Shown piece by piece: positions 9,167-20,586 of a DNA stretch of 41,164 bases. This DNA comes from Alteromonas sp. (GTDB lineage: Bacteria > Margulisbacteria > Marinamargulisbacteria > UBA6595): positions 1 through 41,164 of the forward strand of contig CAXPTH010000016.1 in the NCBI GenBank assembly GCA_964220215.1. The letters run 5' to 3'. Within the stretch, counting starts at the first letter, position 1; every line of letters starts with the position of its first letter. The position numbers and the translations under genes were made by a program. The notes under the pieces were generated by a model that was given only the letters and a program-made list of their open reading frames with translations, had not been told where the DNA came from and ran no database searches.

Positions 9167-11476
9167 ATGGCAAAAACACACAATTTAGGATTCCCTCGCA
9201 TCGGCGCAGATCGCGAATTAAAAAAAGCACTGGAGAAATTTTGGAAGGGTGACGCTGAGTTCTCATTCTGTGAACAGGTGGGAAAAACCATTCGGACCCA
9301 AACAATTCAACAGCAATCTGGCCTAGATTTTGTCCCTGTGAATGACTTTTCTAATTACGATCATGTCTTGGACATGAGTGTGTTGCTGGGCAATATCCCT
9401 AGCCGATATCAACAAGACACCGATTCTGCCATTGATACGTACTTTAAAATGGCGCGGGGGCGATCCGCCAACACAACATCGTGCACCCATGCGCAAGAAA
9501 TGACCAAGTGGTTTGATACCAATTACCATTATTTAGTTCCTGAATTTACAGCCGACACAACCTTTACCCCCAATACCGACAAGTTGGTCAACGACATTAA
9601 AGAAGCCCAAGCCCTTGGCGTAACAGTAAAGCCAGTCTTAATCGGGCCATTGACCTATTTGTTCATTGGAAAAGCCAAAGACAACTCAAATCCGTTGGAT
9701 TTATTAACTAAACTGTTGCCCGCATATTCAACAATACTAGACACCATCGCATCGTTGGGCGTTACCTGGGTCCAACTGGATGAGCCTATTTTAGTCACTG
9801 AGCTGGATGCCCAATGGACCACGGCGCTAACAACTGCGTACACGCAGCTATCCAACGCTGCGGTCAACTGCTTATTAGCGACGTATTTTGGTTCCCTACA
9901 AAGTAATATAGATGCCGTTTGCGCCTTGCCGGTGGATGGCATTCATGTGGATGGCGTGCGCGGTAATGCTGAAATCACAACCCTGGCTCAACGCATTCGC
10001 CCGGACCAAGTGCTATCGGTGGGGATTATTGACGGCCGAAACATTTGGAAAAGCAACTTAAACCAGCTACTGGATCAACTAGAACCCGTCCATCAAGCGC
10101 TATCTGATCGACTCTGGGTAGCCCCATCCTGCTCATTATTGCATGTACCTGTATCCTTAAAGCGCGAAACTAAATTGGACGCAGACATCAAAAACTGGCT
10201 CGCTTTTGCTGAAGAAAAAATAGACGAATTAACCATTCTTGGCCAAGCATTAAACCATGGACGCGCCAGTGTTCAGGACGCCCTAGCCGCCAACCAAGCG
10301 GCCATTGATGCACGACGCACGTCCAATCGTGTGCACAAACCAGCGGTTAAAACAGCCGTTGAGCAATTAACCACCGCCCATGAAAACCGACAATCTCCGT
10401 ACGCACGTCGGGCTCAGATTCAAAAAGAACACTTTCAATTGCCCGCCTACCCCACCACAACCATTGGGTCTTTTCCTCAAACCACTGCCATTCGACAAGC
10501 AAGAGCCAATTTTAAACGGGGCACCCTCAACACCCAAGACTACACCGAAGCCATGCACCAAGAAATCACCCGTGCCGTTCGCGCTCAAGAAGAACTGGGC
10601 TTGGATGTTCTGGTTCACGGTGAAGCGGAACGCAACGACATGGTGGAGTACTTTGGCGAGCAATTGGATGGCTTTGTATTCACTGAATTTGCCTGGGTGC
10701 AATCCTATGGGTCTCGCTGTGTTAAACCCCCCATTATTTTTGGCGATGTATCCCGACCCAACACGATGACGGTTGACTGGATCCGCTATGCCCAGTCTTT
10801 AACTGAAAAGCCCATGAAAGGAATGTTGACTGGACCCGTGACCATTTTAAACTGGTCGTTTGTCCGCGATGACCAACCACGCGCAACAACATGCAAACAA
10901 ATTGCCTTGGCCATTCGGGACGAAGTCTTGGATTTGGAAGCAGCTGGCATTGCCATTATTCAAGTGGATGAAGCCGCCTTGCGAGAAGGCTTGCCGTTAC
11001 GAAAAAGCGAGTGGAATACATACCTGGATTGGGCCGTAGGCTCTTTTAAAATCACGGCCAATGGCGTTCAAGATCAAACTCAGATTCACACGCATATGTG
11101 TTATTCTGAGTTTAACGATATTATTGAATCCATTGCTGCGATGGATGCGGATGTGGTTACGATTGAAACATCCCGGTCCCAAATGGAGTTATTGGATGTT
11201 TTTGATGATTACAAATACCCCAACGAAATTGGCCCGGGCGTGTATGATATTCATTCACCCAATATTCCATCGACGGCAGCCATCGTTAACCTAATGACTT
11301 TGGCTACTCAGCGTATTCCAGCGGAACGCCTGTGGGTCAACCCCGACTGTGGACTGAAAACACGGCAGTGGGACGAAGTCATGCCCGCCCTGAAAAACAT
11401 GGTTGAGGCCGCACAAACCTTGCGACAATTGAACCCAACGTCTGTGGCCGAGCCATGCACATCCGAGAAATCTTAG
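9167..11476 (+). CDS. metE: Cobalamin-independent methionine synthase
   Basis: [62 protein letters not shown]. Confidence 0.98.
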   Translation: MAKTHNLGFPRIGADRELKKALEKFWKGDAEFSFCEQVGKTIRTQTIQQQSGLDFVPVNDFSNYDHVLDMSVLLGNIPSRYQQDTDSAIDTYFKMARGRSANTTSCTHAQEMTKWFDTNYHYLVPEFTADTTFTPNTDKLVNDIKEAQALGVTVKPVLIGPLTYLFIGKAKDNSNPLDLLTKLLPAYSTILDTIASLGVTWVQLDEPILVTELDAQWTTALTTAYTQLSNAAVNCLLATYFGSLQSNIDAVCALPVDGIHVDGVRGNAEITTLAQRIRPDQVLSVGIIDGRNIWKSNLNQLLDQLEPVHQALSDRLWVAPSCSLLHVPVSLKRETKLDADIKNWLAFAEEKIDELTILGQALNHGRASVQDALAANQAAIDARRTSNRVHKPAVKTAVEQLTTAHENRQSPYARRAQIQKEHFQLPAYPTTTIGSFPQTTAIRQARANFKRGTLNTQDYTEAMHQEITRAVRAQEELGLDVLVHGEAERNDMVEYFGEQLDGFVFTEFAWVQSYGSRCVKPPIIFGDVSRPNTMTVDWIRYAQSLTEKPMKGMLTGPVTILNWSFVRDDQPRATTCKQIALAIRDEVLDLEAAGIAIIQVDEAALREGLPLRKSEWNTYLDWAVGSFKITANGVQDQTQIHTHMCYSEFNDIIESIAAMDADVVTIETSRSQMELLDVFDDYKYPNEIGPGVYDIHSPNIPSTAAIVNLMTLATQRIPAERLWVNPDCGLKTRQWDEVMPALKNMVEAAQTLRQLNPTSVAEPCTSEKS

Positions 11477-12345
11477 CCGCAAATCCCACGTGCTTAAGCT
11501 TTGAGTTTTTTCCGCCTAAAACCGAACAGGCGTCACTCAAATTGCTCGATACGATCGCCGATATTCAAACCATGGACCCCGCATATGTGAGTATCACGTA
11601 TGGGGCTGGGGGCACAACCCAGGCGCTGACCCATGACCTTGTGGTTAAGATTAACAACGAACTCAATGTGCCCACCGTGGCGCATTTGACCTGCGTAGCG
11701 GCTACAAAATTGGATATTATTCACATTTTGGATCAATACCACGCCGCTGGCATACGCAATATTATGGCCCTGCGAGGGGACACGCCCAAAACCTTGGCCA
11801 ACCCTGCCGCCAACGACTTTGCCCACGCAGCCGATCTGGTTGCCTTGATTAAAGACCGATACCCATCCATGGGCATTGGGGTGGCTGGGTTTCCAGAAGG
11901 CCATCCGGGATGCCCCAATCGCCTCCTCGAAATGACGCATTTAAAGGCAAAAGTGGATGCTGGCGCTGATTATATTTGCACGCAATTGTTTTTTGATAAC
12001 CGTGACTTTTATGATTTTCAAGACCGATGCCGACTCGCTGGAATCACCGTACCTATCGTTGCTGGAATCATGCCCATTACCAGCTTGAGCTCACTAAATC
12101 GTATTGCTGAATTAGCCGAAGGTGCCCGGTTTCCAGCGGCCCTGTTAAAATCCCTAAACCGAGCGAAGACCGATGCCGATATTGAAAACATTGGCATTCA
12201 CTGGGCTGCTGAACAGGTTCGCGATTTACTCAACAACAGCGTCAGTGGGATTCACTTTTATACATTTAACCAATCCAACCCAGCCTTAAAAATATGCAAA
12301 ACCATTGGGATTTCACACACCTCCCAGCTCAATCAAGTATCGTAG
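11455..12345 (+). CDS. metF: 5,10-methylenetetrahydrofolate reductase
   Basis: [41 protein letters not shown]. Confidence 0.96.
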   Translation: MHIREILAANPTCLSFEFFPPKTEQASLKLLDTIADIQTMDPAYVSITYGAGGTTQALTHDLVVKINNELNVPTVAHLTCVAATKLDIIHILDQYHAAGIRNIMALRGDTPKTLANPAANDFAHAADLVALIKDRYPSMGIGVAGFPEGHPGCPNRLLEMTHLKAKVDAGADYICTQLFFDNRDFYDFQDRCRLAGITVPIVAGIMPITSLSSLNRIAELAEGARFPAALLKSLNRAKTDADIENIGIHWAAEQVRDLLNNSVSGIHFYTFNQSNPALKICKTIGISHTSQLNQVS

Positions 12346-12359
12346 ATCCTCCCGACGTT

Positions 12360-13223
12360 TTAGATAGCATGAAAAACCAACGCCGCACTATTAATACAAA
12401 AGCGACGCCCCCCCTGAGGCCCATCCGGAAAGACATGCCCCAAATGAATCGATGATTTGGGCGCCCGAACCTCTGTGCGGCAATACCCCAATGCGTAATC
12501 TTCAACCTCCATCAATGGGACCAGGGGTGCCGTGAAACTGGGCCAGCCGGTCCCGGAATCGTATTTGTCTTGACTACGAAACAGTGGCTCCCCAGACACA
12601 CAATCCACATACACCCCCGGTGCCTTGTGATCCCAATAGGCATTGTCAAACGGGGGTTCAGTGCCCCCGTGGATCACGTGACGCTGATGATCGGTCAGTC
12701 CCCGCATCTGCTGCTCCTGAATGGCCGTTGCTCGCCCGGATCCGTGATAATACTGGGCATAGGCCACTGGCTGAGATGCGGCATACCCTTGGTGCTGAGC
12801 TTCGGCCACGGTCACGGGCATAGCCGGTCGAATGTGTGTGGCGCACGGCTGCTGCATGGATTGGGCGTACTGTGCGATCGCTGATTCGGCACACGCACGC
12901 TGATGCGCATCATAATAAAACACGGTTGAGGCATACTGAGGGCCTCGATCCGCAAATTGCCCGCCCGCATCCGACGGGTCGTGGTGTTTTAAAAAAATAT
13001 CCACCAAAACGGTATAGGGAATTTGCGTGGCGTCATACTGAATATGGACAACCTCCACATGACCACTGCGACCCGTACACACATCCGCATACGTCGGGTT
13101 TGGGGAATCCCCACCCATATAACCAACCACACAATCGAGCACACCATAAATAGCAAATGGCGCTTCCATGCACCAAAAACACCCACCGCCAAATGTGGCT
13201 GTTTGAATCAAGCGATTACCCAA
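12360..13223 (-). CDS. msrAB: Bifunctional peptide methionine sulfoxide reductase MsrA/MsrB
   Basis: GGGCFWC (MsrA), [36 protein letters not shown] (MsrB). Confidence 0.95.
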   Translation of the reverse strand: MGNRLIQTATFGGGCFWCMEAPFAIYGVLDCVVGYMGGDSPNPTYADVCTGRSGHVEVVHIQYDATQIPYTVLVDIFLKHHDPSDAGGQFADRGPQYASTVFYYDAHQRACAESAIAQYAQSMQQPCATHIRPAMPVTVAEAQHQGYAASQPVAYAQYYHGSGRATAIQEQQMRGLTDHQRHVIHGGTEPPFDNAYWDHKAPGVYVDCVSGEPLFRSQDKYDSGTGWPSFTAPLVPLMEVEDYALGYCRTEVRAPKSSIHLGHVFPDGPQGGRRFCINSAALVFHAI

Positions 13224-13740
13224 AAAAGCGCAACATGACGTACACCAACACCCCCGTTACCGACACATAAAACCAGAGCGGCCACGTCCATCGAGCCAAG
13301 CGTTTGTGCAAAACAATTTGCTCAGTCAGCGACAAATAGAACGTTACCAAAATACACGGCAATGCCGCAATCGATAAGATAATATGGGAAATTAAAATGA
13401 AAAAGTACACCGGTCGAATCCACCCCTGCCCCAAAAAAGGGGTATCCCCATGCACCGCATGATACACACAATAGCTCACCAAAAATAACGACGACATAAC
13501 GAATGCCCCCAGCATCCAAAACCGATGGCAGTTGACGCGTTTTTTTAAGATAGCCGCGAGGCCAAAGCACAAGCATACGGTTGCCGCACTGTTTAACAAC
13601 GCATTGACTACGGGCAACGATTGAATCAGCGGATTATGGCCCGAAATTGCAATTAAATTTCCGTAAATCAAAACAAACAAGCCCACCACAGCAATGGCGC
13701 TAAACCCAATTAAACCGGCTATCACGGATCGATTTCTCAT
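13216..13740 (-). CDS. DUF420 (YozB/CtaM-like) membrane protein
   Basis: [52 protein letters not shown]. Confidence 0.88.
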   Translation of the reverse strand: MRNRSVIAGLIGFSAIAVVGLFVLIYGNLIAISGHNPLIQSLPVVNALLNSAATVCLCFGLAAILKKRVNCHRFWMLGAFVMSSLFLVSYCVYHAVHGDTPFLGQGWIRPVYFFILISHIILSIAALPCILVTFYLSLTEQIVLHKRLARWTWPLWFYVSVTGVLVYVMLRFFG

Positions 13741-13749
13741 ATACTTAGT

Positions 13750-15336
13750 CTACTTTAAAAATCGCTTGGGCAAAAGCCCCAAATACATTAAAAACCCGTT
13801 AAGCAAATAAAACCCAATGAGCCACCCCATGGATTTATTCATAAACCCATACGCATGCAAACCAATCCCCAGCATATTCACCCCAAACCAAGAAAACGCT
13901 ACCACGGCATTGCCTCCAATCGCCAAGACCATCACCCCCCGTTCTTTGATCCAACCGGCTAACCGCGCATGCAAGATAATCGCCCCCCAGAGCACCACCA
14001 GCAACGCACCATTTTCTTTGGGGTCCCACCCCCAAAATCGCCCCCAACTTTGGTCCGCCCAAATGCCGCCTAAAATGGTCCCAATACTGCTTAATGATAA
14101 GCCAATCATCACAATAATTAACGTTAACCGAACCAAATCCGATGCCTGTGCCTCAAAGTGTCTATCCATCAAGCGCCGCACCACATAATAAGCGCCTAGG
14201 AACCCCGCCAACAGCATTGCACTGTATCCCAATGTCATGATCACCACATGGGTGCTCAACCAAAAATTGGTATCCAATACCGCTTGCAGCATTTGCAAGG
14301 TATCCCCCTGAATGGATAAATGATGGGCAATAATTAAGGTCAAAAAATTAATACATAAGGAAAAAAACAGCAAGGCCGATCGATTGGCAGCCGACCGCAT
14401 CCGAGGCCCAATTGCCAATGCCAATGCCAAGACCCCCCAGCCGACAAATACAGCCGATGAATACAAGTTCGTCACCGGGGGTCGGTTTTCAATAATCATG
14501 CGGCACAGCAACCCCACAGTTTGAAGACCAAACGCCCATACGGTAGTGGGTAAAATGAACGCCGACAGCCACCGAAATCGGTAACTGGCCACTAGCATCA
14601 GCATCACCAAGCCATACCACACCAAGGCCTGATAAAAGAGCATCGTGCGATTTAATACCGCTTCAAGCGTCACCCGCGATTGGGCCGGGGCTCGCTGCGC
14701 CTGGGCGATGCGATTCACCAATGACCAATCCGATGCCGGATACGCCGGAACTACCGCAAGCACAGCGTCATCTACTGTAAAATAAGCCAATCGCTCCCGC
14801 AACGCAGCGGCAATCTCGGGGGCCAACTGCGCCCCTGTCTCCAGCTGAAGGGTATTTTTTAGCCGAATATACAGCTGCATTTGATCATCCAAGCGAATCA
14901 CCGCTTGCTGAAATGCATCGCGCAGGGGCACCTCCACCGTTCGAAATTGATCCGCCAATTCAATCAAGCGTTGGTAATACGGCTCAATGCGTTGAAACGA
15001 CACCCGATGCTTGGATGCATTGGGCAGCCCCAAAAGACTGTGTAGCTGACTGTGGTAGACCACAAAGTGGGGCAATTGATCCGCTGTATTGGCATCGGCC
15101 ATCACCGTCATCAACCAGGGCATTGCGGCTTGATCCCCCAGGGACTGTTTGCCATGAATAAAGAGTAGGGCATTGCGTGCCACCGTATCCATGGGCTGTA
15201 CCCGGCCATTGGCCTGCACAGGGATTCGACTAACCGATGCCCAATCAATACCCAAATCACTGGGCACCGATCCCATAAATCGAACCAACACGCCCACCAA
15301 GACGAGCACCCACGCCCATCGAACCCAGCGGATCAT
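13750..15336 (-). CDS. ccsA: Cytochrome c biogenesis protein CcsA (system II), with N-terminal extracytoplasmic domain
   Basis: WWD domain WADQSWGRFWGWDPKEN, RPPVTNLYSS, VLDTNFWLSTHV, GLHAYGF; ATG at 15336 overlaps the upstream stop (ATGA). Confidence 0.93.
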   Translation of the reverse strand: MIRWVRWAWVLVLVGVLVRFMGSVPSDLGIDWASVSRIPVQANGRVQPMDTVARNALLFIHGKQSLGDQAAMPWLMTVMADANTADQLPHFVVYHSQLHSLLGLPNASKHRVSFQRIEPYYQRLIELADQFRTVEVPLRDAFQQAVIRLDDQMQLYIRLKNTLQLETGAQLAPEIAAALRERLAYFTVDDAVLAVVPAYPASDWSLVNRIAQAQRAPAQSRVTLEAVLNRTMLFYQALVWYGLVMLMLVASYRFRWLSAFILPTTVWAFGLQTVGLLCRMIIENRPPVTNLYSSAVFVGWGVLALALAIGPRMRSAANRSALLFFSLCINFLTLIIAHHLSIQGDTLQMLQAVLDTNFWLSTHVVIMTLGYSAMLLAGFLGAYYVVRRLMDRHFEAQASDLVRLTLIIVMIGLSLSSIGTILGGIWADQSWGRFWGWDPKENGALLVVLWGAIILHARLAGWIKERGVMVLAIGGNAVVAFSWFGVNMLGIGLHAYGFMNKSMGWLIGFYLLNGFLMYLGLLPKRFLK

Positions 15337-16436
15337 CGCAATCGCCTCATCATTAGCACCATATGCCAAACGAGACCAACGCCCAAGACCAAGCAGGCAA
15401 AGTATGGCGACCACCACACTGGGTTTTTAACCAACTGTAAAATTGATACCGTATCTGCGTCATCAAACGAGGCTTGAAAATAGGTAACCCCCTGGTATCT
15501 TAAGGGGTGATTCATATAAATATGAAACGGCTGGCGAACCGAGCCATCCGTTACAATGACATCGGATGAAAAATAACTGGGAATGGTTGTGCCCGGATGC
15601 TGGCGATGGGTAAATTCCATTAACGTCACTGAGTACGGATAATAATATCGGGTTGGGCGTAGGGCAATGGTAGCAATATCGCCCACCCATTGGGGATGGT
15701 TAAGCCAGGACGACACCAAAAACCGCCCCAAATCCGTACCGTCTTGCGTATGAATACGCACCCACAGGGCCATGTGATTGCGGGCATCCGGTCGCCGATC
15801 CACTGGCCGGGGCTCCACCGAAAAATACCGACCGGCTCCCTGGGCCGATTGCCATCGGTTTGCATCATCAATCAACCGTAAAATCGCATTATTCAACCGC
15901 GACTCAACCGTAATAACCAAGGGCCCCATGGCGATTGAGTCGTTGGCCTGCACGTTGGCCATATCAATCTGAAACACGCGGGTTGTATCCCCCTGAGTGT
16001 GCAAAACCACCAACTCCGTATCATGCACCGACTCCGAATACCATCGGGTATCGCCCTCCCGAATAATCATTTGGCTTTCTTGACTGACAAACCCACTAAT
16101 CGCCCCGCCAATCAATAACACCAATAGGCTGCTATGAATCAGCCATATGCCCATCTTTTTCATGGACCACTGAAAGCGTTTAATATGCGCAAACACCAAA
16201 TTTACCCCCAACAACAGTCCAATGCTCATGCCCCCGGGAAACACCGGCCATCCGTGCCAATACACCCACCAGGATTTGAAATACACCTTGACGGTATAAT
16301 AAATGCCCAAATTAACTTGATCCAACGTCCCCACTAAAACCAACACAAACCCCAGCACCAAGCCCACAACGGTAATTTTCAGCCCGGCCAAGGCATGAAA
16401 CGCGTGTTTTAACCGGGCGCCAATCCGACTCATCAT
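15333..16436 (-). CDS. ResB/CcsB-like cytochrome c biogenesis protein
   Basis: LVLVGTLDQV, G.WLIHS TM His, YFSSDV, IYMNHPLRYQG.TYFQASF; directly upstream of ccsA. Confidence 0.85.
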   Translation of the reverse strand: MMSRIGARLKHAFHALAGLKITVVGLVLGFVLVLVGTLDQVNLGIYYTVKVYFKSWWVYWHGWPVFPGGMSIGLLLGVNLVFAHIKRFQWSMKKMGIWLIHSSLLVLLIGGAISGFVSQESQMIIREGDTRWYSESVHDTELVVLHTQGDTTRVFQIDMANVQANDSIAMGPLVITVESRLNNAILRLIDDANRWQSAQGAGRYFSVEPRPVDRRPDARNHMALWVRIHTQDGTDLGRFLVSSWLNHPQWVGDIATIALRPTRYYYPYSVTLMEFTHRQHPGTTIPSYFSSDVIVTDGSVRQPFHIYMNHPLRYQGVTYFQASFDDADTVSILQLVKNPVWWSPYFACLVLGVGLVWHMVLMMRRLR

Positions 16437-16987
16437 GGCACCTGTGTTAGCGACAGTTCCGCTAAAAACTCACCCCAAACAGCGGCCATAGCCACCGGAT
16501 CCGAGCCCGTTAATTTAACAAACCATTGGTCAGCCCCCACCGCTTGCTGAGCCACCCGCATATGACTGGCACCCGCACGCAACACCAATGTGTCGTAGTG
16601 TGTCTGGCCATACGTTTTGGGAATCATTGCCGCTGTGGTCACCGGGGCTAAACCCAACTGGCGTCGCCATCGATTCACATTGCTCAACACCGTCCCAGAA
16701 TCACCGGATAATTGCGTGACGGTTAGAACCATATCGCCACGAACCAACCGCAAGCGCGTCCAGGTGTCCGAGGTGGTTTCTCGAGACCAATCGGGCATAT
16801 CTGGCCAATAAAACCCCCAAACCATGCGTTTATATGCAGGGTAATCGGCCCCAGCATTTGGATGCCCCAGCGCGGGGTTCGTTTGTACCCGATGGTTGGG
16901 TAGATCGTAGTGGGTAACGGTTGGCTGACACCCCACAAGCCCAACGCACATCAGCGCTATGAGCCAGAAATGCCCCCGTGTCATCAC
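16433..16987 (-). CDS. Hypothetical lipoprotein in the ccs operon
   Basis: Lipobox-like LVGC, NVNRWRRQLGL and WFVKLTG motifs; overlaps leuB and resB at both ends. Confidence 0.75.
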   Translation of the reverse strand: MMTRGHFWLIALMCVGLVGCQPTVTHYDLPNHRVQTNPALGHPNAGADYPAYKRMVWGFYWPDMPDWSRETTSDTWTRLRLVRGDMVLTVTQLSGDSGTVLSNVNRWRRQLGLAPVTTAAMIPKTYGQTHYDTLVLRAGASHMRVAQQAVGADQWFVKLTGSDPVAMAAVWGEFLAELSLTQVP

Positions 16988-18084
16988 GACAAATTGGCAA
17001 GCACCGCATCGCCAACAGCGGTTGTGGACATCCCCATTTTACCCGCTTGCATACTGGCCATTGTGGGTGTTGTCTTGGCAATGGCCCGATCCACCATCGC
17101 TGCAGCATCCGGATGCCCCAAATGGTCCAACAGCAAACCCACGGACCCAATGGCGGCCAACGGATTAATTTCATTTTTACCAGTAAACAGCGGCGCCGTT
17201 CCCCCAATGGGTTCAAACATGGACACGCCTTCAGGGTTTAAATTACCCCCCGGAGCAATGCCCATGCCCCCTTGGGTGGTTGCGGCTAAATCAGTGATAA
17301 TATCGCCAAACATATTGGTGGTCACAATAACATCAAACCGTGCTGGATCTTCAATCATGTAAATACACACCGCATCCACGTGCACATAATCCACATAAAC
17401 GGCTGGATATTGGGGCTTCAACGCCGCCAAGACTCGGTCCCACAAATCAAACACATACGTTAACACATTGCTTTTTCCACACAGGGTCAACTTGGCTCGG
17501 TAGCCGGCGTCACGTTGCGCATCGGTCAAGCCGGTCCATGGGGTATCGGCATGGCGTCGCAACGCATACTCAAACGCATAGCGCAAACACCGTTCCACCT
17601 GAGCGTAGGTATACACCATGGTTTGCTCAGCCACTTCGTCCGGCGTTCCTGCCTGCAGTTGCCGACCAACACCCGTGTACAACCCACCGGTATTTTCACG
17701 CACAACCACATAGTCCATAGCGGCACAATCGCGCAAAGGAGACTGAACGCCTGGGTACAATTTGACTGGCCGTAAGTTAATATATTGATCCAATGAAAAC
17801 CGAAGTTTTAACAAAATATCCCGTTCCAATAAACCCGGGGGGGCGTCGGGGTGCCCGATGGCGCCCAATAAAATCGCATCGTAGCTGCGTAGCGCATCGA
17901 CAGATGCATCACTGAGCAACTCGCCTGTTTTGAAATACCGCTCTGCACCAAAATCATACGCTGTTGTTTGAATGGTTAACTGATGCAATTCGGCAACCCG
18001 CATTAACACACGCACTGCTTCACGGGTCACTTCAGGCCCGGTTCCGTCTCCAGGAATAACCGCTAGTTTATAATTCATCCTCAC
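16984..18084 (-). CDS. leuB: 3-isopropylmalate dehydrogenase
   Basis: IPGDGTGPEV, LLGAIGHP, NLRPVKL, VRENTGG.Y, NMFGDIITD, MFEP..G.AP; start at GTG 18084 or ATG 18078. Confidence 0.9.
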   Translation of the reverse strand: MRMNYKLAVIPGDGTGPEVTREAVRVLMRVAELHQLTIQTTAYDFGAERYFKTGELLSDASVDALRSYDAILLGAIGHPDAPPGLLERDILLKLRFSLDQYINLRPVKLYPGVQSPLRDCAAMDYVVVRENTGGLYTGVGRQLQAGTPDEVAEQTMVYTYAQVERCLRYAFEYALRRHADTPWTGLTDAQRDAGYRAKLTLCGKSNVLTYVFDLWDRVLAALKPQYPAVYVDYVHVDAVCIYMIEDPARFDVIVTTNMFGDIITDLAATTQGGMGIAPGGNLNPEGVSMFEPIGGTAPLFTGKNEINPLAAIGSVGLLLDHLGHPDAAAMVDRAIAKTTPTMASMQAGKMGMSTTAVGDAVLANLS

Positions 18085-18142
18085 AAATCATGATACCACG
18101 TTTGAATGAACGAAACCAAAACTAGCGGGTTATGTCACAACG

Positions 18143-18379
18143 CTATAGTTTTTCAAACCCATCATCCATACGCCAATACACCCCACTGGATACTGAATCG
18201 GCGGACGCATCTTCACCCAGCTCTTCGTCTTGCAAATAGGTGAAATTATCCTGCCAATATAGATTCATCGCATCGTGGCCCAATTGACGTTGGGATACAT
18301 TAGCGCCCACCACACATAAAACAAGAACTAGAATTGATGCAATCGTTTCCAGTGGATTTAATGGATTGTTAACACGCAT
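18143..18379 (-). CDS. Small hypothetical single-TM protein with acidic C-terminus
   Basis: 78 aa, strong SD AGGAGGT upstream, one hydrophobic helix. Confidence 0.6.
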   Translation of the reverse strand: MRVNNPLNPLETIASILVLVLCVVGANVSQRQLGHDAMNLYWQDNFTYLQDEELGEDASADSVSSGVYWRMDDGFEKL

Positions 18380-18424
18380 GATGGACCTCCTGTATAGTTA
18401 GGCAATACCCCCTAAGGCGATTTT

Positions 18425-18823
18425 TTAAACATCCCCGCCCAACGACAGCCTGCGCTTAACAATGGCCCGGGCGGTCGGCTGATCCGCCGAAGTTGGCGTC
18501 AAAACGGCAACACTATACCGCACAGAATCCGGCGTATCAAACAACCACACAACCCCTCCATTAACCGATACGGATACACCCTGATACCGATTCTCATACA
18601 GCCAGTCCTCATCCACAGAATTCCCCATCGCAACAACCGGAATTGAGGATTCCAAATTCGGCGCAAATGCAAAGCCTGAAAGCGCTAAATAATAGGCCTG
18701 CATGTGATCGTAGCGCATCCCCATCCATTGCTGGTGATGGGTCAGCAGTGTGATGCCTGTGGTCATCACGCCAACAATCACCGATACCCCCACCACACAA
18801 CTAACGCTTATACTGCCGCGCAT
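18425..18823 (-). CDS. Minor pilin, ComGG/PilX/GspK-like (no Glu5)
   Basis: MRG|SISVSCVVGV hydrophobic N-terminus, QAYYLALSG motif typical of PilX/ComGG; last of four pilin-like genes. Confidence 0.65.
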   Translation of the reverse strand: MRGSISVSCVVGVSVIVGVMTTGITLLTHHQQWMGMRYDHMQAYYLALSGFAFAPNLESSIPVVAMGNSVDEDWLYENRYQGVSVSVNGGVVWLFDTPDSVRYSVAVLTPTSADQPTARAIVKRRLSLGGDV

Positions 18824-19260
18824 GCATGCCCAATAATTAATGGCTGACCAGGTTTGGCATCCTCCAAATAGCGATACTCAATCCGAATATATTCAGAAAA
18901 AATACTCACCGTCCAGTCGGATACCCCACACACCAGTGTGTAGCTATACCAACGGTGATTGCGATAGAGTCGGCGTCGCAAACACGATTGGCGAATATCG
19001 TATTGAATGAGCGGCACATCCGGATGACTCAGGGTCAACCAACCATCCTGACGCCCCACCGCGCTGGCTTGGTTCACATCTTGGCGAATTTGATCCTGCC
19101 AATAGTCATTATCATAGTGGCGCATGACCGTTTCAACCCAATGCCCAACCGATTCATACGCCCCGCGAAGGCTACCGAATAATCCCGGCCACACAAACGC
19201 CAACAGGCCAATGACCAACACCCACTCCAGAAGTATGTAGCCCCCTCGATGCCCATTCAT
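18808..19260 (-). CDS. Minor pilin, ComGF/PilW/GspJ-like
   Basis: Class III signal HRGG|YILLEWVLVIGLL; IQYDIRQSCLRRR. Confidence 0.7.
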   Translation of the reverse strand: MNGHRGGYILLEWVLVIGLLAFVWPGLFGSLRGAYESVGHWVETVMRHYDNDYWQDQIRQDVNQASAVGRQDGWLTLSHPDVPLIQYDIRQSCLRRRLYRNHRWYSYTLVCGVSDWTVSIFSEYIRIEYRYLEDAKPGQPLIIGHACAAV

Positions 19261-19264
19261 GAAT

Positions 19265-19543
19265 TTAGCGGCCATACACAACAAGGGTGCGATTGGGCTG
19301 AATCTCAACCCGATATTGAATGGATCCATACGGACCTGGGGATTGGGTCACGCCCTCGGTTACATGACCCATCATGGCCAGCTGCAAGTGATTATGTGCT
19401 TGATCTAAGGCCTGATTAAACGCCATCAATCGCGAACAATAGCGCGTCGCAGCCCCAACCCCAACGCCAAGCATTGAACACACAATCAGCATCAAGGACA
19501 GCCCCAGCATCGCATCCAAAAGCACAAACCCCGTTCGCTTCAT
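19265..19543 (-). CDS. Minor pilin, ComGE/PilV/GspI-like
   Basis: MKRTG|FVLLDAMLGLSLMLIV class III signal; ATGA overlap with the upstream gene. Confidence 0.7.
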   Translation of the reverse strand: MKRTGFVLLDAMLGLSLMLIVCSMLGVGVGAATRYCSRLMAFNQALDQAHNHLQLAMMGHVTEGVTQSPGPYGSIQYRVEIQPNRTLVVYGR

Positions 19544-19908
19544 TCTCGCATCCAAATTTGCCCAAACCCCACCCCCACTGTGATGCGCCCCTCGTCCCCA
19601 ACAACAATCGTCCCAGCACGACTCGTACGCCCCAAGTGGGTAAACCCAACCGGACGATTCTGAGACACCGGCGCCGACACGCCAACCGTTTGAATCACCG
19701 CATCGGAGTCATACCGCACCTGAATTTGATTATCCTGGGCATACACCACGGTTCGTTTGGCATAGGTTTTGGCCGCTTGGCGGGCCAACACAACCTGTTG
19801 ATACACAACCGGGCGATCCAACGGGGCACGCCCATACCAGGGAAGCCCAATTAGGATAGCCATCAGCCCCATCCCCACACACATATCCATCAAACCCATA
19901 CCAAGCAC
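19540..19908 (-). CDS. Minor pilin, ComGD/FimT/GspH-like
   Basis: G|MGLMDMCVGMGLMAILIG N-terminus; C-terminal VGFTHLG...AGTIVV...ITVGVGFGQI resembles ComGD/GspH. Confidence 0.65.
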   Translation of the reverse strand: MLGMGLMDMCVGMGLMAILIGLPWYGRAPLDRPVVYQQVVLARQAAKTYAKRTVVYAQDNQIQVRYDSDAVIQTVGVSAPVSQNRPVGFTHLGRTSRAGTIVVGDEGRITVGVGFGQIWMRE

Positions 19909-19955
19909 CCAAATTCACACTACCGAATAGAACGCCATGCGTTCCGTCACAATTT

Positions 19956-19985
19956 AATTTATATAAAAAAACAGGACGTTGTCAA
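19956..19985 (-). promoter_or_regulatory. Sigma70-type promoter for the pilin operon
   Basis: Minus-strand TTGACA (19985-19980) followed by TATAAA (16-nt spacer) or TAAATT (18-nt spacer). Confidence 0.55.
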
Positions 19986-19993
19986 GAATGCGC

Positions 19994-20518
19994 TTAAATA
20001 TGCTCGTCTACCAAATCCGCCAGTGCTTGGCGACTGCGATACCCCCGGAACCGAGACACAACCGTGTGATCCCGATTTAAAATATAAACCGTTGGAACAG
20101 CATTAACAGCCCCGTATTGCTCCAGCAAGTCTGTATCGGCCATCACAATGGGATACCCTATTGCGTGTTGCTCAATGTAGGCCTTAACGACGGCAGGATC
20201 TTTATCAATCGAAGCGGCAATAATTTGCACCCCTTTGGATTGGTACTGATCATAAAACGCCTGAATTTCTGGATTCATGGCCGAACAACTGCCACACCAG
20301 GTTGCAAAAAATTTAACCAAGACAACTTGTCCCGTGTAATCCGATAAACGCACCGGTTGACCATCGGCAACAGAAGGCCGCTCAAACTGAATCGCCTCAC
20401 GCTCAAGCATGGGCATCGCTTTTTCAACATTGTTCGAGGACGGTCCACAACCCGAAAGTCCGGCAAGTACCACAATAGCGAGCGTGCTTTTAATTAACCA
20501 AGATTGCCAATAACGCAT
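19994..20518 (-). CDS. TlpA/ResA-family thiol:disulfide oxidoreductase lipoprotein
   Basis: Lipobox LSGC, LSDYTGQVVLVKFFATWCGSC, cis-Pro VPT. Confidence 0.9.
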   Translation of the reverse strand: MRYWQSWLIKSTLAIVVLAGLSGCGPSSNNVEKAMPMLEREAIQFERPSVADGQPVRLSDYTGQVVLVKFFATWCGSCSAMNPEIQAFYDQYQSKGVQIIAASIDKDPAVVKAYIEQHAIGYPIVMADTDLLEQYGAVNAVPTVYILNRDHTVVSRFRGYRSRQALADLVDEHI

Positions 20519-20586
20519 TGTTTTCAGTATAGCGAATCATCCACTGTTTTTCAACGCAAATTTTATCTCAAACTATGCTATACTAA

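Noticed and set aside
19930..19952. Small hairpin GAACGC-cat-GCGTTC and a TGTGA half-site in the pilin leader as a riboswitch or CRP site
   Set aside because: Only a 6-bp stem, the second CRP half-site is poor, and there is no match to a riboswitch consensus I recognise
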